Positions 24,323-37,414 of a stretch of 64,000 nt of DNA are shown piece by piece (within the stretch, counting starts at the first letter, position 1; each line of letters begins with the position of its first letter). A program made the translations under genes and the position numbers. The notes below the pieces were generated by a model. It was not told the origin of the DNA and ran no database searches. It was given only the letters and a program-made list of their open reading frames with translations. The stretch spans positions 512,001 to 576,000 of the forward strand of contig CAXXVZ010000002.1 of the NCBI GenBank assembly GCA_963678065.2, read 5' to 3'. The DNA is from Treponemataceae bacterium (GTDB lineage: Bacteria > Spirochaetota > Spirochaetia > Treponematales > Rectinemataceae).

Positions 24323-25174
24323 ATGGCAGGAGAATATGGAGCCGTTTTCAAATCGGAGCAGAGCGAAAAAACCGTTCTCGAGGCCTGCGATGCCGCTCTG
24401 GCGTCGTGGCCGGTTCCGTACAGGCTGGAGAGCGTTCCGACCCGCCTCGGCGATACGCGCGCCATTGTCTGCGGAACTCCCGGAGCTCCTCCCCTCGTTC
24501 TCCTCCATGGTTCCGGAACGAATTCCCTTTTCTGGAAAGGCGACATCGCCCGCTACGCCGCCGGATACCGCGTCTACGCCGTCGATATTCCCGGGGAACC
24601 GGGTTTCAGCTCGAGGGCGCGGGGAGACTGGAACGGCCCCGAGTATCCGGGATGGATCGGCGATGTCATGGAAGGCTTCGGACTTGGTCAGGCCGGTTTC
24701 GTCGGTTGTTCCATCGGCGGTTTTTTCTCGCTCCGCTTCGCGACCCTCCAGCCGGAAAAGGTGACGAGGCTCGTTCTCCTCGGAAGCTCCGGACTGGCCC
24801 GGCAGCGGCTCTCTTTTATTCCAAAGGCGCTTTTTTTTATGGCCTTCGGGCGGAGCGGAATCGACAGGATACTGAAAACCGTGAACGGCGGGGTTGCGTT
24901 GCCGGCGGAAGCCCTCGACTTCGCGAGGCTCCTCGCGATTCACTCCAATCCTCGCATGGGCCAGGTGCCCCTCATTCCCGACCAGGACCTGAAACGCCTC
25001 TCCATGCCCGTACTCGCCATCGGAGGGGAGAAGGATGCTCTCCTCGACACGCGAGCGAGCCTCGCCCGCCTCGCATCCCTCGTCCCGTCTTCGAAGATCC
25101 TCGAAATCGCGGGAACCGGCCACGTCGTGACCGGCATGATCGATACCATCATGGATTTTCTGGAGGAAGCCTGA
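24323..25174 (+). CDS. Alpha/beta-fold hydrolase
   Basis: LLHGSG, DIPGEPGFS, nucleophile elbow GCSIGG, GEKD, TGH; GGAGG RBS. Confidence 0.88.
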   Translation: MAGEYGAVFKSEQSEKTVLEACDAALASWPVPYRLESVPTRLGDTRAIVCGTPGAPPLVLLHGSGTNSLFWKGDIARYAAGYRVYAVDIPGEPGFSSRARGDWNGPEYPGWIGDVMEGFGLGQAGFVGCSIGGFFSLRFATLQPEKVTRLVLLGSSGLARQRLSFIPKALFFMAFGRSGIDRILKTVNGGVALPAEALDFARLLAIHSNPRMGQVPLIPDQDLKRLSMPVLAIGGEKDALLDTRASLARLASLVPSSKILEIAGTGHVVTGMIDTIMDFLEEA

Positions 25175-25722
25175 TGTCGCTGCCCCACACCATTCTCGGC
25201 ATGCTGGACTGGAAGCCCTTCACGGGCTACGACCTGAAGAAGCGCATTTCGCGGGCCGAATTCCTTCCCTGGTCCGGCAACAGCAACCAGATCTACAAGT
25301 CCCTGCTCGAACTCGCCAGAGCCGGATACGTCAGCTGCGAGGTCACGCATCAGGACGACGGACCGACAAAGAAAATCTACACGATCACGGATTCAGGGCG
25401 AGGGGAACTCAAGCGCTGGCTCCGGTCGAAGCCCGAAGCCCCGGAAATCCGGAACCTCTTCCTCGCGCAGCTCTCCTGGGGCGATCTTCTCGATCCAGCG
25501 GAGCTGGACACCCTCATCCTCGCATACGAGGAGGAGGTGCAAGGACAGCTCCTCATGGCGCAGGAGGAAATGCGGCGGGGAACCGACACCCCGCGCAGAA
25601 CCGCCCGCGAGGCCTTCCTCTGGGAGATGATCGCCGGGAACCGCGTGAACGCCCTCGAGGCCGAGCTCTTGTGGGTATACCGCCTCAGAAACGGAATCCC
25701 GGCAGCCAGGACTGCTTCATGA
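25174..25722 (+). CDS. PadR-family transcriptional regulator
   Basis: C-terminal part of track ORF 24310..25722; MSLPHTILGML...TGYDLKK...QIY...KKIYTITDSG; TGATG coupling with the hydrolase. Confidence 0.88.
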   Translation: MSLPHTILGMLDWKPFTGYDLKKRISRAEFLPWSGNSNQIYKSLLELARAGYVSCEVTHQDDGPTKKIYTITDSGRGELKRWLRSKPEAPEIRNLFLAQLSWGDLLDPAELDTLILAYEEEVQGQLLMAQEEMRRGTDTPRRTAREAFLWEMIAGNRVNALEAELLWVYRLRNGIPAARTAS

Positions 25723-27055
25723 TGTACATGGCCTCGTCAGCGCGCTGAAGCAGAGTATCCTGGTCGTCGCCATCGAGGTATTCCGCCGCGCCGATACTGG
25801 CTGTTATGAAAAACTCTTCATCCTGGAACAGGACGGGAATCTTGTTCAGGGATTTCCTGATACGCTCGACCACGACCGATGCCTGCCCCACGGTGGTCTC
25901 CGGCAGGGCGATCGCGAACTCGTCGCCGCCGAGACGCCCGACAAAATCGCTCTGGCGCAATCCCGACAGGTCGATCGCCTTGACCAGAGTCCTGAGCGCC
26001 TCGTCGCCCGCCGCGTGCCCCCGCGAATCGTTCACCGCCTTGAATCTGTCGATATCGAGCACGAGAACGGAGAGAGGCCTGCGATACCTGGCGCTGCGCT
26101 GGATTTCCGCCCTGAAGAGATGCATGAAGTGCGCGCGGTTGGAGATGCCGGTCAGAAAATCGGTGGTGGCCTGGCGCAGCAGGGCATCTTGGAGCCTCTT
26201 CCTCTCGTCGAGATCGACCTGGAGTTCCTCGTGGAGAGCCGCGTTCTCGACCGCAATCGAGGCGAGATCGGCGAATCTTCCGAGAACATCCATCTCCGTC
26301 TCGCTGAAAACCGAACCCGCCTCCGCACGGCTGACTCCGATTACCCCGACGATTCGTTGACCGGATTTGAGCGGGACCGCGGCGATGGCGCGGAAACCCG
26401 CTTTGTCGTATGTTTTGGCCCTCCCTGCCCAGGATGAATAGTCCGTGACCATCATCGCCTGTCCTGTCTGCCAGACCTGCCCCGAGAGACCCTCTCCGGA
26501 TTTCAGCCTGCTTCCGATGATTCCGGAAAATACGCCTATCCCGAGCTTGACTTCGAGATATTCGCCGTCGGGTTTTGCCAGGTAGAGATAGCCGTGCGGA
26601 GTCCCCAGCAGAGCCGCGGCGCGGGTCACGATATCCGACAGGGCCTGGTTCAGATCGCGGTGATTGATGAGACCGAGGCTGGTTTCGTGCAGCGCGGCCA
26701 GATATGCGTCGTGACTCCGAACATGATCTTCGGAGCGCCTTTTCACTTCCGCGAAACGCAGCATCAGCTCGGCCACGATCCCCGTCGACAGGAGAAAAAC
26801 GACGATAGAGGCTGGTGGAACAGGCGATTTTATCCTGAATGCCACCGCGGGGCCGGCAGCCAAAATGCCGACGATGCCGAGCATGATCAGATATGTGCGC
26901 CGGGGGTAGCGGGCTGTGCTGAGGACGACAGGTCCCGCGAGCATGATGAGCCAGGGATCGGGCAGACCGTGAGCGATCGACAGCGCTCCCGTCACAGCCG
27001 ACAGCGAGAAATAAACCGCCAGCCAGATGCCCTCCGAAGGCCAGAGAATTTTCAA
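25685..27055 (-). CDS. Membrane-anchored GAF-GGDEF diguanylate cyclase
   Basis: N-terminal TMs, GAF region, DIDRFKAVND..GH, I-site RQSD and RLGGDEF. Confidence 0.9.
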   Translation of the reverse strand: MKILWPSEGIWLAVYFSLSAVTGALSIAHGLPDPWLIMLAGPVVLSTARYPRRTYLIMLGIVGILAAGPAVAFRIKSPVPPASIVVFLLSTGIVAELMLRFAEVKRRSEDHVRSHDAYLAALHETSLGLINHRDLNQALSDIVTRAAALLGTPHGYLYLAKPDGEYLEVKLGIGVFSGIIGSRLKSGEGLSGQVWQTGQAMMVTDYSSWAGRAKTYDKAGFRAIAAVPLKSGQRIVGVIGVSRAEAGSVFSETEMDVLGRFADLASIAVENAALHEELQVDLDERKRLQDALLRQATTDFLTGISNRAHFMHLFRAEIQRSARYRRPLSVLVLDIDRFKAVNDSRGHAAGDEALRTLVKAIDLSGLRQSDFVGRLGGDEFAIALPETTVGQASVVVERIRKSLNKIPVLFQDEEFFITASIGAAEYLDGDDQDTLLQRADEAMYIMKQSWLPGFRF

Positions 27056-27248
27056 TCTGAATCGCCCCCTGACATCGCGGAACGGAGGAAAAAATTAAGG
27101 AGTGTTTACTTTAATCCAAATTCGTCATTCTGTCGAGATACTCCACATATCGCACTCGTGGCATGGAATTGCGGAATCCGGCCACGACGAGGGAACCCGG
27201 GCTTTCAATCCGGCTTGTTCTTTACGTATACTGCGCAGACAGTTCAAC

Positions 27249-28019
27249 ATGGCAACCATCATGATCGACACTGCTCACGCGCCGGCTCCGCCCATTGCGG
27301 ATGTCGCCGCTATCCTCCTGCGGCGCTACGGTCCGTGGCCCGACGAGAGCTCAGGACCTGTCCTGGACCAGCTCGTCTGGTTTCTCCTCAGCACGAGGAC
27401 GACGGTGGAGAACTGCGAGGCGGCCTACGCCGCTCTCCGCTCCCGCTACCCGACATGGGACGATCTGGCCACGGCGCGGGAAGAGGATCTCTATGCCCCC
27501 CTGCGTCCCGCCGGCCTTTTCCGCGCGCGGGCGAAGAATCTCCTTTCCGCCCTGACCGCCATTCAGGCGCGATTCGGCTTTGCAAGTCTCGAGGCTCTCA
27601 GATCCTGGAGCGACGGCGGGTGCGAGACCTTCCTTCTGTCGCTGCCCGGGGCAGGACTCAAGGTCGCGCGCTGCGTCATGTCCTTCGGCCTCAGGCGGCG
27701 GGTCTTCGCGGTGGACGCTCACATCTGGCGCGTGACTCGCCGCCTCGGCTGGCACGCATTCCCCGGCGAGGCTCCCTCGCGCCGCGGCGCCGACTTCCTC
27801 CAGTCCCTCGTCACCGAGGCGCCGACAGTGACTGAGTCCGCGGTCAATACCTCGACCGGGATCGCTGCCGAAGTCCCGGCCGGGACTGGCACGGACATCC
27901 TTTCCTTCCACGTCAACCTGATCCGCTTCGGAAGGGAATTCTGTCCTTCCGGCGAGCCGCGCTGCGTCGCCTGCCCCCTCGCGGGACTCTGCGCGAACTG
28001 CCTCGACGGCGCCGAATAG
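27249..28019 (+). CDS. Endonuclease III-like HhH-GPD DNA glycosylase with [4Fe-4S] motif
   Basis: HhH LSLPGAGLKVA with Lys, AVDAH Asp, C-terminal CPSGEPRCVACPLAGLC; start uncertain. Confidence 0.82.
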   Translation: MATIMIDTAHAPAPPIADVAAILLRRYGPWPDESSGPVLDQLVWFLLSTRTTVENCEAAYAALRSRYPTWDDLATAREEDLYAPLRPAGLFRARAKNLLSALTAIQARFGFASLEALRSWSDGGCETFLLSLPGAGLKVARCVMSFGLRRRVFAVDAHIWRVTRRLGWHAFPGEAPSRRGADFLQSLVTEAPTVTESAVNTSTGIAAEVPAGTGTDILSFHVNLIRFGREFCPSGEPRCVACPLAGLCANCLDGAE

Positions 28020-28086
28020 GCCGGGGACCCGAACCGTCGACCCGATACGCCTTGCCGCGGCCTCACACGACACCTACAATCGGTTC

Positions 28087-31671
<3,585 letters not shown>

Positions 31672-31703
31672 ACGAGTTCATCTCCCCCCACGGAGGCTGA
31701 CTG

Positions 31704-32540
31704 ATGGGAAAAAAGAAACCGGTCCCCATGGCGATATGCTACGACTTCGACGGAACGCTCGCTCCGGGCAACATGCAGGAGTACAATTTCTTGCCCGCGA
31801 TACAGATCAAACCGGATGCATTCTGGGCCGAATCGAGAGCCCTCGCCGTGGGGCAGGACGCCGATGAGATTCTCGCGTACATGCGACTGATGCTGGATAA
31901 AGCGCGGGCCGCGAAAGTCAGCGTGACGAAAAGGGCGTTCCGCGATTTTGGTTCGACGATCGAGTTCTTTCCCGGCGTCGCGGATTGGTTCGCGCGCATC
32001 AACGAGTACGCGCGGGGAAAAGGCGTGGGGCTCGAACACTACATCATCTCATCCGGTCTGCGGGAGATGATCGAGGGCACGAAGATCGCGCGCGAGTTCA
32101 GAAAGATCTACGCATCGGGCTTCATGTACGACGAGAACGGCGTGGCGGTGTGGCCCGCCCTGGCGATCAACTACACGACCAAGACCCAGTTCCTCTTCAG
32201 AATCAACAAGGGAACTCTCGATGTCTCCGACAACTCCCTCATCAACACGTATGTTCCGAAGGAAGATCGTCCGCTGCCCTTCGAGAATATGGTCTACATC
32301 GGGGACGGCGAGACCGACATTCCCTGTTTCCGCATGGTGAAGAAAGAGGGAGGTTATTCGATCGCGGTGTACCAGCCGAGGAAAGGCGGCTCGAAACAGC
32401 GCATCGAGAAGCTTCTCGCCGAAGGCAGGGCCAATCTGATTGCGCCGGCAGACTATCAGGGCGGGTCGGTCATCGACTCGAGCGTCCGCGCCATCGTCGA
32501 CAGGATCGAGGCTTCTTCCCGCATCGGAGGCGCGAAATGA
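31704..32540 (+). CDS. HAD-superfamily hydrolase
   Basis: Motif I YDFDGTL, IISSG, TTKT, YIGDGETD. Confidence 0.87.
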   Translation: MGKKKPVPMAICYDFDGTLAPGNMQEYNFLPAIQIKPDAFWAESRALAVGQDADEILAYMRLMLDKARAAKVSVTKRAFRDFGSTIEFFPGVADWFARINEYARGKGVGLEHYIISSGLREMIEGTKIAREFRKIYASGFMYDENGVAVWPALAINYTTKTQFLFRINKGTLDVSDNSLINTYVPKEDRPLPFENMVYIGDGETDIPCFRMVKKEGGYSIAVYQPRKGGSKQRIEKLLAEGRANLIAPADYQGGSVIDSSVRAIVDRIEASSRIGGAK

Positions 32541-32568
32541 CTCATATAGCCGCTCCGGAACCGCGGCT

Positions 32569-33996
32569 TCAGCCGCGAAGTACTCCTTCCTCCGCAAAGA
32601 ACTCGGCGAGCCTGGACACGCCCCGGCCGATAGCGGCCTCGTCGAGGTGTCCGTAGCCCACCAGGAAGCTGTCCATCCAGCGCCCGGGGACGAGGGCGTG
32701 GCCTTCTACCCCTGTCAGAGCGATCCTGCGTCCGCGCGCGCGGGCGTACAGGGATTCGTCCATGCGCAGGCCGGAAAGGCGGACCGCGACGTGGAGGCCG
32801 GCGGAGTCGCCGAGGACCCGCGCGCGGTCTTTGAAGGCCGAACTCAGGGCGGAAAGGAGGGCCTCGCGGCGGCGCGCGTAGAGCCGCCTCATCCGGGCGA
32901 CGTGCCGGTCCACGGTCCGGTCGGCAAGGAGGCGCGCCAGGGCAGCCTGCCCGAAAGGCGGATTCTGCACATCCGAATGGATGCGGGCGTCGAGCCAGGC
33001 GCACCGGAGAGCCCGGGGGACGAGGGCGTAGCCAATCCGGAGGGCAGGGAAAAGGGTCTTGCTGAAGGTCCCGACGTACACGGTCCGTTCCGGATCGAGA
33101 GACCACAACGGCGCGATCGGGGGGCCGGAATAGCGGAACTCCGCGTCGTAGTCGTCCTCGATACTATACGCGTCGCGCTCCCGCGCCCAACGGACAAGTT
33201 CGGTGCGCCGGGAAGCGGGCAGAACTCCCCCGAGGGGGAATTGATGGGAGGGAGTGATGTAGGCCGCGATCGCTTGGATCGAGGACAGGAACTCTGTGCG
33301 CATGCCCGACTCGTCGGCCTCGACGGGGACGACGCCCAGCCCGACGCCGCGGATCGTCCGGATCATGCCGCTGTGGCAGGGATCCTCCGCGGCGATCGCC
33401 CCGCCGCGGAGCGCCAGCGTCAGGGCGATCACGTGGAGCGCGTGCGTCGCCCCGGCCGTCACGAAGACTGCCTCGGGGGACACGCGCAGGCCCCGAGCGC
33501 GGAAAAGATAGGAGGCGATCTCAGTCCGAAGGGCGGGAAGACCCTCGCCCGGACCGTAGAGCCAGTCGCACGGCTGTGAGCCCTCCGCCGCCCGGAGAAG
33601 AGCCCGGCTCCAGGCCGCGCGCGGTATGGTCGCCGAGTCCGGCCTCCCCGTGCGGAAATCGACCTCGATCGGCTTCCCCTTCCCGACGCCGCGTGCATCG
33701 TCCCGCAGGGCTTCAGGCCCCGGAAACGCCGCGACATCCGCCGCCCTCAGAGCGACGCCCCGCGCGATCCGCGCCCGCGTCCCCACGGAGCACTCGATGT
33801 AACCCTCCGCGGCGAGGAGATCGTAAGCCTCACAGACAGTATTCCGGGACACGCCCATCTGCGCGGCCAGAACACGCGTCGCGGGGAGATGCTCTCCCGC
33901 GGGAAGCCTGCCGTCCAGCGCGGCGGCTCGAAACCATTCGAATATCTGTCGGGACAAGGCGAGATCCTGATTTCGCACAAGCGGTGGAAGTTCCAT
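32569..33996 (-). CDS. MocR/GabR-family regulator (GntR wHTH plus PLP aminotransferase domain)
   Basis: LPATRVLAAQMGVSRNTV, TPSHQFPLG, IEDDYDAEFRY, GTFSKTLFPALRIG; GGAGG before MELPP. Confidence 0.9.
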   Translation of the reverse strand: MELPPLVRNQDLALSRQIFEWFRAAALDGRLPAGEHLPATRVLAAQMGVSRNTVCEAYDLLAAEGYIECSVGTRARIARGVALRAADVAAFPGPEALRDDARGVGKGKPIEVDFRTGRPDSATIPRAAWSRALLRAAEGSQPCDWLYGPGEGLPALRTEIASYLFRARGLRVSPEAVFVTAGATHALHVIALTLALRGGAIAAEDPCHSGMIRTIRGVGLGVVPVEADESGMRTEFLSSIQAIAAYITPSHQFPLGGVLPASRRTELVRWARERDAYSIEDDYDAEFRYSGPPIAPLWSLDPERTVYVGTFSKTLFPALRIGYALVPRALRCAWLDARIHSDVQNPPFGQAALARLLADRTVDRHVARMRRLYARRREALLSALSSAFKDRARVLGDSAGLHVAVRLSGLRMDESLYARARGRRIALTGVEGHALVPGRWMDSFLVGYGHLDEAAIGRGVSRLAEFFAEEGVLRG

Positions 33997-34032
33997 GTAT
34001 CCCTCCAAAGCGGTACTCTCAACATAGCGCAG

Positions 34033-34057
34033 AAGTGGATCTTTTGCCATTCCACTT
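34033..34057. promoter_or_regulatory. Inverted repeat between divergent MocR and EamA genes; candidate MocR site
   Basis: AAGTGGA-N11-TCCACTT. Confidence 0.55.
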
Positions 34058-34099
34058 TTCATCGTACCATCGCCTGGAACAGAAACCGGGGAGGACGAG

Positions 34100-35029
34100 A
34101 TGCGCAGCGAGAAGGCAGGTGGCTTGTATCTGGCGGCGGGCTTCATTCTGGCGGGCTCGGCGACGACGGCGGGAAAAGGACTCGTGGCCACGCTCGGCCC
34201 CTTCACCATAACGGCCGCGGGGCTCGCCTTCGCGCTGCCCGCCCTGGTTCCCTTCGCCCTGAAGGGACCCCGCCCGAGCCGCCGGGAACTCGGCCTCACC
34301 GCGCTACTCGGTTTCTTCGGGATCTTCGTGTACCGCATATGCCTGATCTCGGCTCTCTCCCTTGTGAACGCGGGAGAGGCCGGGTTGATGACCGGCGCCG
34401 CGCCAGCGTTCACAGCCATCGCCTCGTGGCTTTTCCTGCGCGAGCGACCTTCCCCGTTGCCGGTTCTCGGAGTCATCGCCGCGAGCGCGGGGATCTTCCT
34501 GGTCAGATTCGGCGCGCTCGGCGGCGCGGTCGATGCCGCTTCCGGCTTCACATCTTCGGGACGCTCTCTCGGTCTTCTCCTGGCCCTGGGCGCCGCCGCC
34601 TCGGAATCGGTTTTCGCCATCCTTTCGCGCCTGGCCTGGAGGAAGGATGCAGACGCGGACTCGCGGAGAAGGGCAGCCCTGACCGCGGCCTGGGCTTTCG
34701 CGTTCTCGCTCGGGCCCGCCGCGGCGGAACGGCCGCTCGGGGCGCTCGCCGCCTTGCCTCCCGTGGCCTGGATCGCGCTCGCATGGTACGGACTCTTCGT
34801 GACGGCGGCCTCCTACATATGCTGGTACGAAGGAATCAGACGCGTCGAGGCATCCCGGGCGGCGGCGTACACGGGCATCGTGCCGGTCGTCGCCCTCGCC
34901 CTGCCCGCACTGCTTCTGGGCGAGAGGCCCTCGGCGACGAGCGTCGCTGGCTGCTTCCTCGTCGCGCTCGGGATCGTCGCGACTGCGCTGCCGCGGAACC
35001 CGCAATCCGTGCAACCGCAGACACACTGA
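34100..35029 (+). CDS. DMT/EamA-family exporter
   Basis: Two EamA-like repeats (LFLRERP, LLLGERP), about 10 TMs, GGAGG RBS. Confidence 0.85.
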   Translation: MRSEKAGGLYLAAGFILAGSATTAGKGLVATLGPFTITAAGLAFALPALVPFALKGPRPSRRELGLTALLGFFGIFVYRICLISALSLVNAGEAGLMTGAAPAFTAIASWLFLRERPSPLPVLGVIAASAGIFLVRFGALGGAVDAASGFTSSGRSLGLLLALGAAASESVFAILSRLAWRKDADADSRRRAALTAAWAFAFSLGPAAAERPLGALAALPPVAWIALAWYGLFVTAASYICWYEGIRRVEASRAAAYTGIVPVVALALPALLLGERPSATSVAGCFLVALGIVATALPRNPQSVQPQTH

Positions 35030-35128
35030 CCACACACAGTGACACCGCATGCCGAGACAGGCGCGGGTTGGGTGTCCGGTTTCATAACGCTCCCGGTAGA
35101 ACTATATTCAAAGGTGAACGGAGGAATC

Positions 35129-35596
35129 ATGGACATCAAAAAACGCATCGCGCTCGTCGCCCACGACAACGAAAAACGCGACCTCACGGAGTGGGTCCAG
35201 TACAACTGGGAAACCCTCATCGGGCACGAACTCGTATCTACGGGCACCACAGGGCGCCTCATCGAAGAAACGATTCTTGCCAAGGCCGGAGAGGATCGGG
35301 CATCGGAACTTCGCCTCACCCGCCTGAAATCGGGCCCCCTCGGCGGGGACCAACAGCTCGGCTCCCTCATCGCCGAGGGGAAAATCGACATCGTGATCTT
35401 CTTCTGGGACCCCATGTCGCCCCACCCTCATGACGTCGACGTCAAGGCCCTCCTCAGGATCGCAGTCCTTTACAATATTCCCATGGCCTGCAACCGCTCG
35501 AGCGCGGATTTCATCATCTCGAGTTCCCTCTTCCAGGAGAAATACGAACCCGAAGTCAGGGACTATGGGACCTACCTCGCCAGGGCGATCAAATGA
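35129..35596 (+). CDS. mgsA: Methylglyoxal synthase
   Basis: IALVAHD, STGTTG, SGPLGGDQQ, FFWDP..PHDVDVKALLR. Confidence 0.96.
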   Translation: MDIKKRIALVAHDNEKRDLTEWVQYNWETLIGHELVSTGTTGRLIEETILAKAGEDRASELRLTRLKSGPLGGDQQLGSLIAEGKIDIVIFFWDPMSPHPHDVDVKALLRIAVLYNIPMACNRSSADFIISSSLFQEKYEPEVRDYGTYLARAIK

Positions 35597-35628
35597 GGAG
35601 AGCCGGCTAGGCCGCCCTTCGCGCGCGC

Positions 35629-36582
35629 CTAAAAAACGACGCCGACCAGGATCATGCAGAGTGGAATCGTCGCAAGGCTGAGCACTGTCGAGAGAGAGGT
35701 TGCGACCCCCGCGTATTCCGGGTCAGCCCCGTAGGTCGCAGCCAGGATGGGAGTCTGGGTCATGGCGGGCATCGAAGCCTGCACGAGGAAGACTTGTTTC
35801 ATGAGGAGGGGCAGGTCGAGGGGGCGCACGACGAGTACGAGGAGAAGCGGGGAGACGAGGAAGCGCCCCGCGAGGACGAGAAGGAGGTCGCGCTCGACCT
35901 TGAGCTTCTTCCACTCGACGCGCGAGATCACGATACCGATGAAGAGCATGGACAGCGGCGTCGTCATGGAGCCGAGGGTTTTGCAGAAATCCATGATCGA
36001 CTTCGGAAGGCGGATACCGAGCATGATCATGGCCACTGCCGCCATGAAGGCCACAAGGGGCGGAGAGAGTATGCGCCTGAGTCCTTCCGCGGAGACGAGA
36101 GAAGGACGGGGCCGTCCGCTCCGGACCGCGCCGTCCGCGGCGATACCGTAGACGCCGATCGTCCAGAAGAGCGTGGTGTTCGCGATGTAGTAGAGAAGAA
36201 CGGAGGAGAGGCTTTCGTCGCCGAAGAGGACGAGATTGACGGGGAGGCCGATGAAAATGGTGTTCGAGAGGGCGAACATGGAGGCGAAAGTGCCCCGCCG
36301 CCCCCGCGGCAGACCGATGAGGACGGCGATGCCGGCCGCGATCGCGAAGCAAGAGGCCATGACCGCGAAGGGGACGGGAAGACCCGGCAGCATGGAGAGG
36401 AGCTTGGCCCGGTCGTAGCCTCCCATGAGGTTGGAGATCATGTAGGCAGGAAGTGCGACCGAGACGACAAGTTTGGAGAGAAGTGCGCTCGAGTTCCCCT
36501 CGAACCACCGGCGCTTCGCGAGAACGAAGCCAAGAGCGATCATGAGTATGACGGACAGCACGCTTTCGAGGGCATTCAGCAT
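35629..36582 (-). CDS. AEC (auxin efflux carrier/malate permease) family transporter
   Basis: SNTIFIGLP, TTPLSMLFIG, QASMP; about 10 TMs. Confidence 0.85.
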   Translation of the reverse strand: MLNALESVLSVILMIALGFVLAKRRWFEGNSSALLSKLVVSVALPAYMISNLMGGYDRAKLLSMLPGLPVPFAVMASCFAIAAGIAVLIGLPRGRRGTFASMFALSNTIFIGLPVNLVLFGDESLSSVLLYYIANTTLFWTIGVYGIAADGAVRSGRPRPSLVSAEGLRRILSPPLVAFMAAVAMIMLGIRLPKSIMDFCKTLGSMTTPLSMLFIGIVISRVEWKKLKVERDLLLVLAGRFLVSPLLLVLVVRPLDLPLLMKQVFLVQASMPAMTQTPILAATYGADPEYAGVATSLSTVLSLATIPLCMILVGVVF

Positions 36583-36706
36583 GGCTCAATCCTGGCCGGC
36601 GGAAAGGTCTCTGTATAGCCCCTCGCCCCACATGCCGGATACTCTCTCGCAATGTCCTTCGGCCACGCATTGACCCGAAACGCACTAATCCGTGACACTG
36701 CCCCGC

Positions 36707-37243
36707 ATGGCCCTCAAATCGACGATCTACAAGGTTGAACTCGACATTGCTGACCTCGACAGGAACTACTACGCGCCCCATACGCTTACCCTGGCCTGCC
36801 ACCCCTCGGAGTCCGAAACCCGCATGATGATCGGCCTCGTCGTCTTCGCCCTCAACGCCCACGAGAGGCTCGCCTTCAGCCGCGGCCTCTCCGAGACCGA
36901 GGAGCCCGATCTCTGGCAGCGCGATCTCGCAGGCGATCTGGAACTCTGGATCGAACTGGGCCACCCCGACGAGAAACGCCTGGCCAAGGCCTGCGGCCGC
37001 TCGCGGGCGGTGCTCGTCTACACCTATTCGGCTTCTCCCGAACTCTGGTGGGATCCCGCTTCTTCGAAACTGTCGCGGTTTAAAAACCTCTCGGCCCGCC
37101 GCTTCGATCCCGCCGAAACAGCTGCCCTTGCCGGTTTTGTACAGCGCAGCATGAGCCTGTCCTGCACCATCCAGGACGGTGAGGTCTGGCTTCGCGACGC
37201 GGATGACCGCGAGGCGCGGCTGTCGGTCGGGGTCATCAAGTAG
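36707..37243 (+). CDS. yaeQ: YaeQ-family protein
   Basis: MALKSTIYK, HPSESETRMM, EPDLW, LWIELGHPDEKRL. Confidence 0.9.
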   Translation: MALKSTIYKVELDIADLDRNYYAPHTLTLACHPSESETRMMIGLVVFALNAHERLAFSRGLSETEEPDLWQRDLAGDLELWIELGHPDEKRLAKACGRSRAVLVYTYSASPELWWDPASSKLSRFKNLSARRFDPAETAALAGFVQRSMSLSCTIQDGEVWLRDADDREARLSVGVIK

Positions 37244-37377
37244 CGATTCCCCAAAAAGGAAAATCTGTAATACAGCCCTCCCGACCGGGGCTTCCAGCCA
37301 ACTCTGCTCCGGCGGAAGAGGAACGACTCATGGCGAACATTTTTTCCTTGACAGGTAAAAAATACCGTGCTACTCAT

Positions 37378-37393
37378 GATTAATCGTTTAATC
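37378..37393. promoter_or_regulatory. LacI-type operator downstream of TTGACA (37348-37353)
   Basis: GATTAATCGTTTAATC palindrome with central CG; LacI gene ends the same operon. Confidence 0.65.
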
Positions 37394-37414
37394 TCACTTT
37401 TTTCTGGAGGCACT

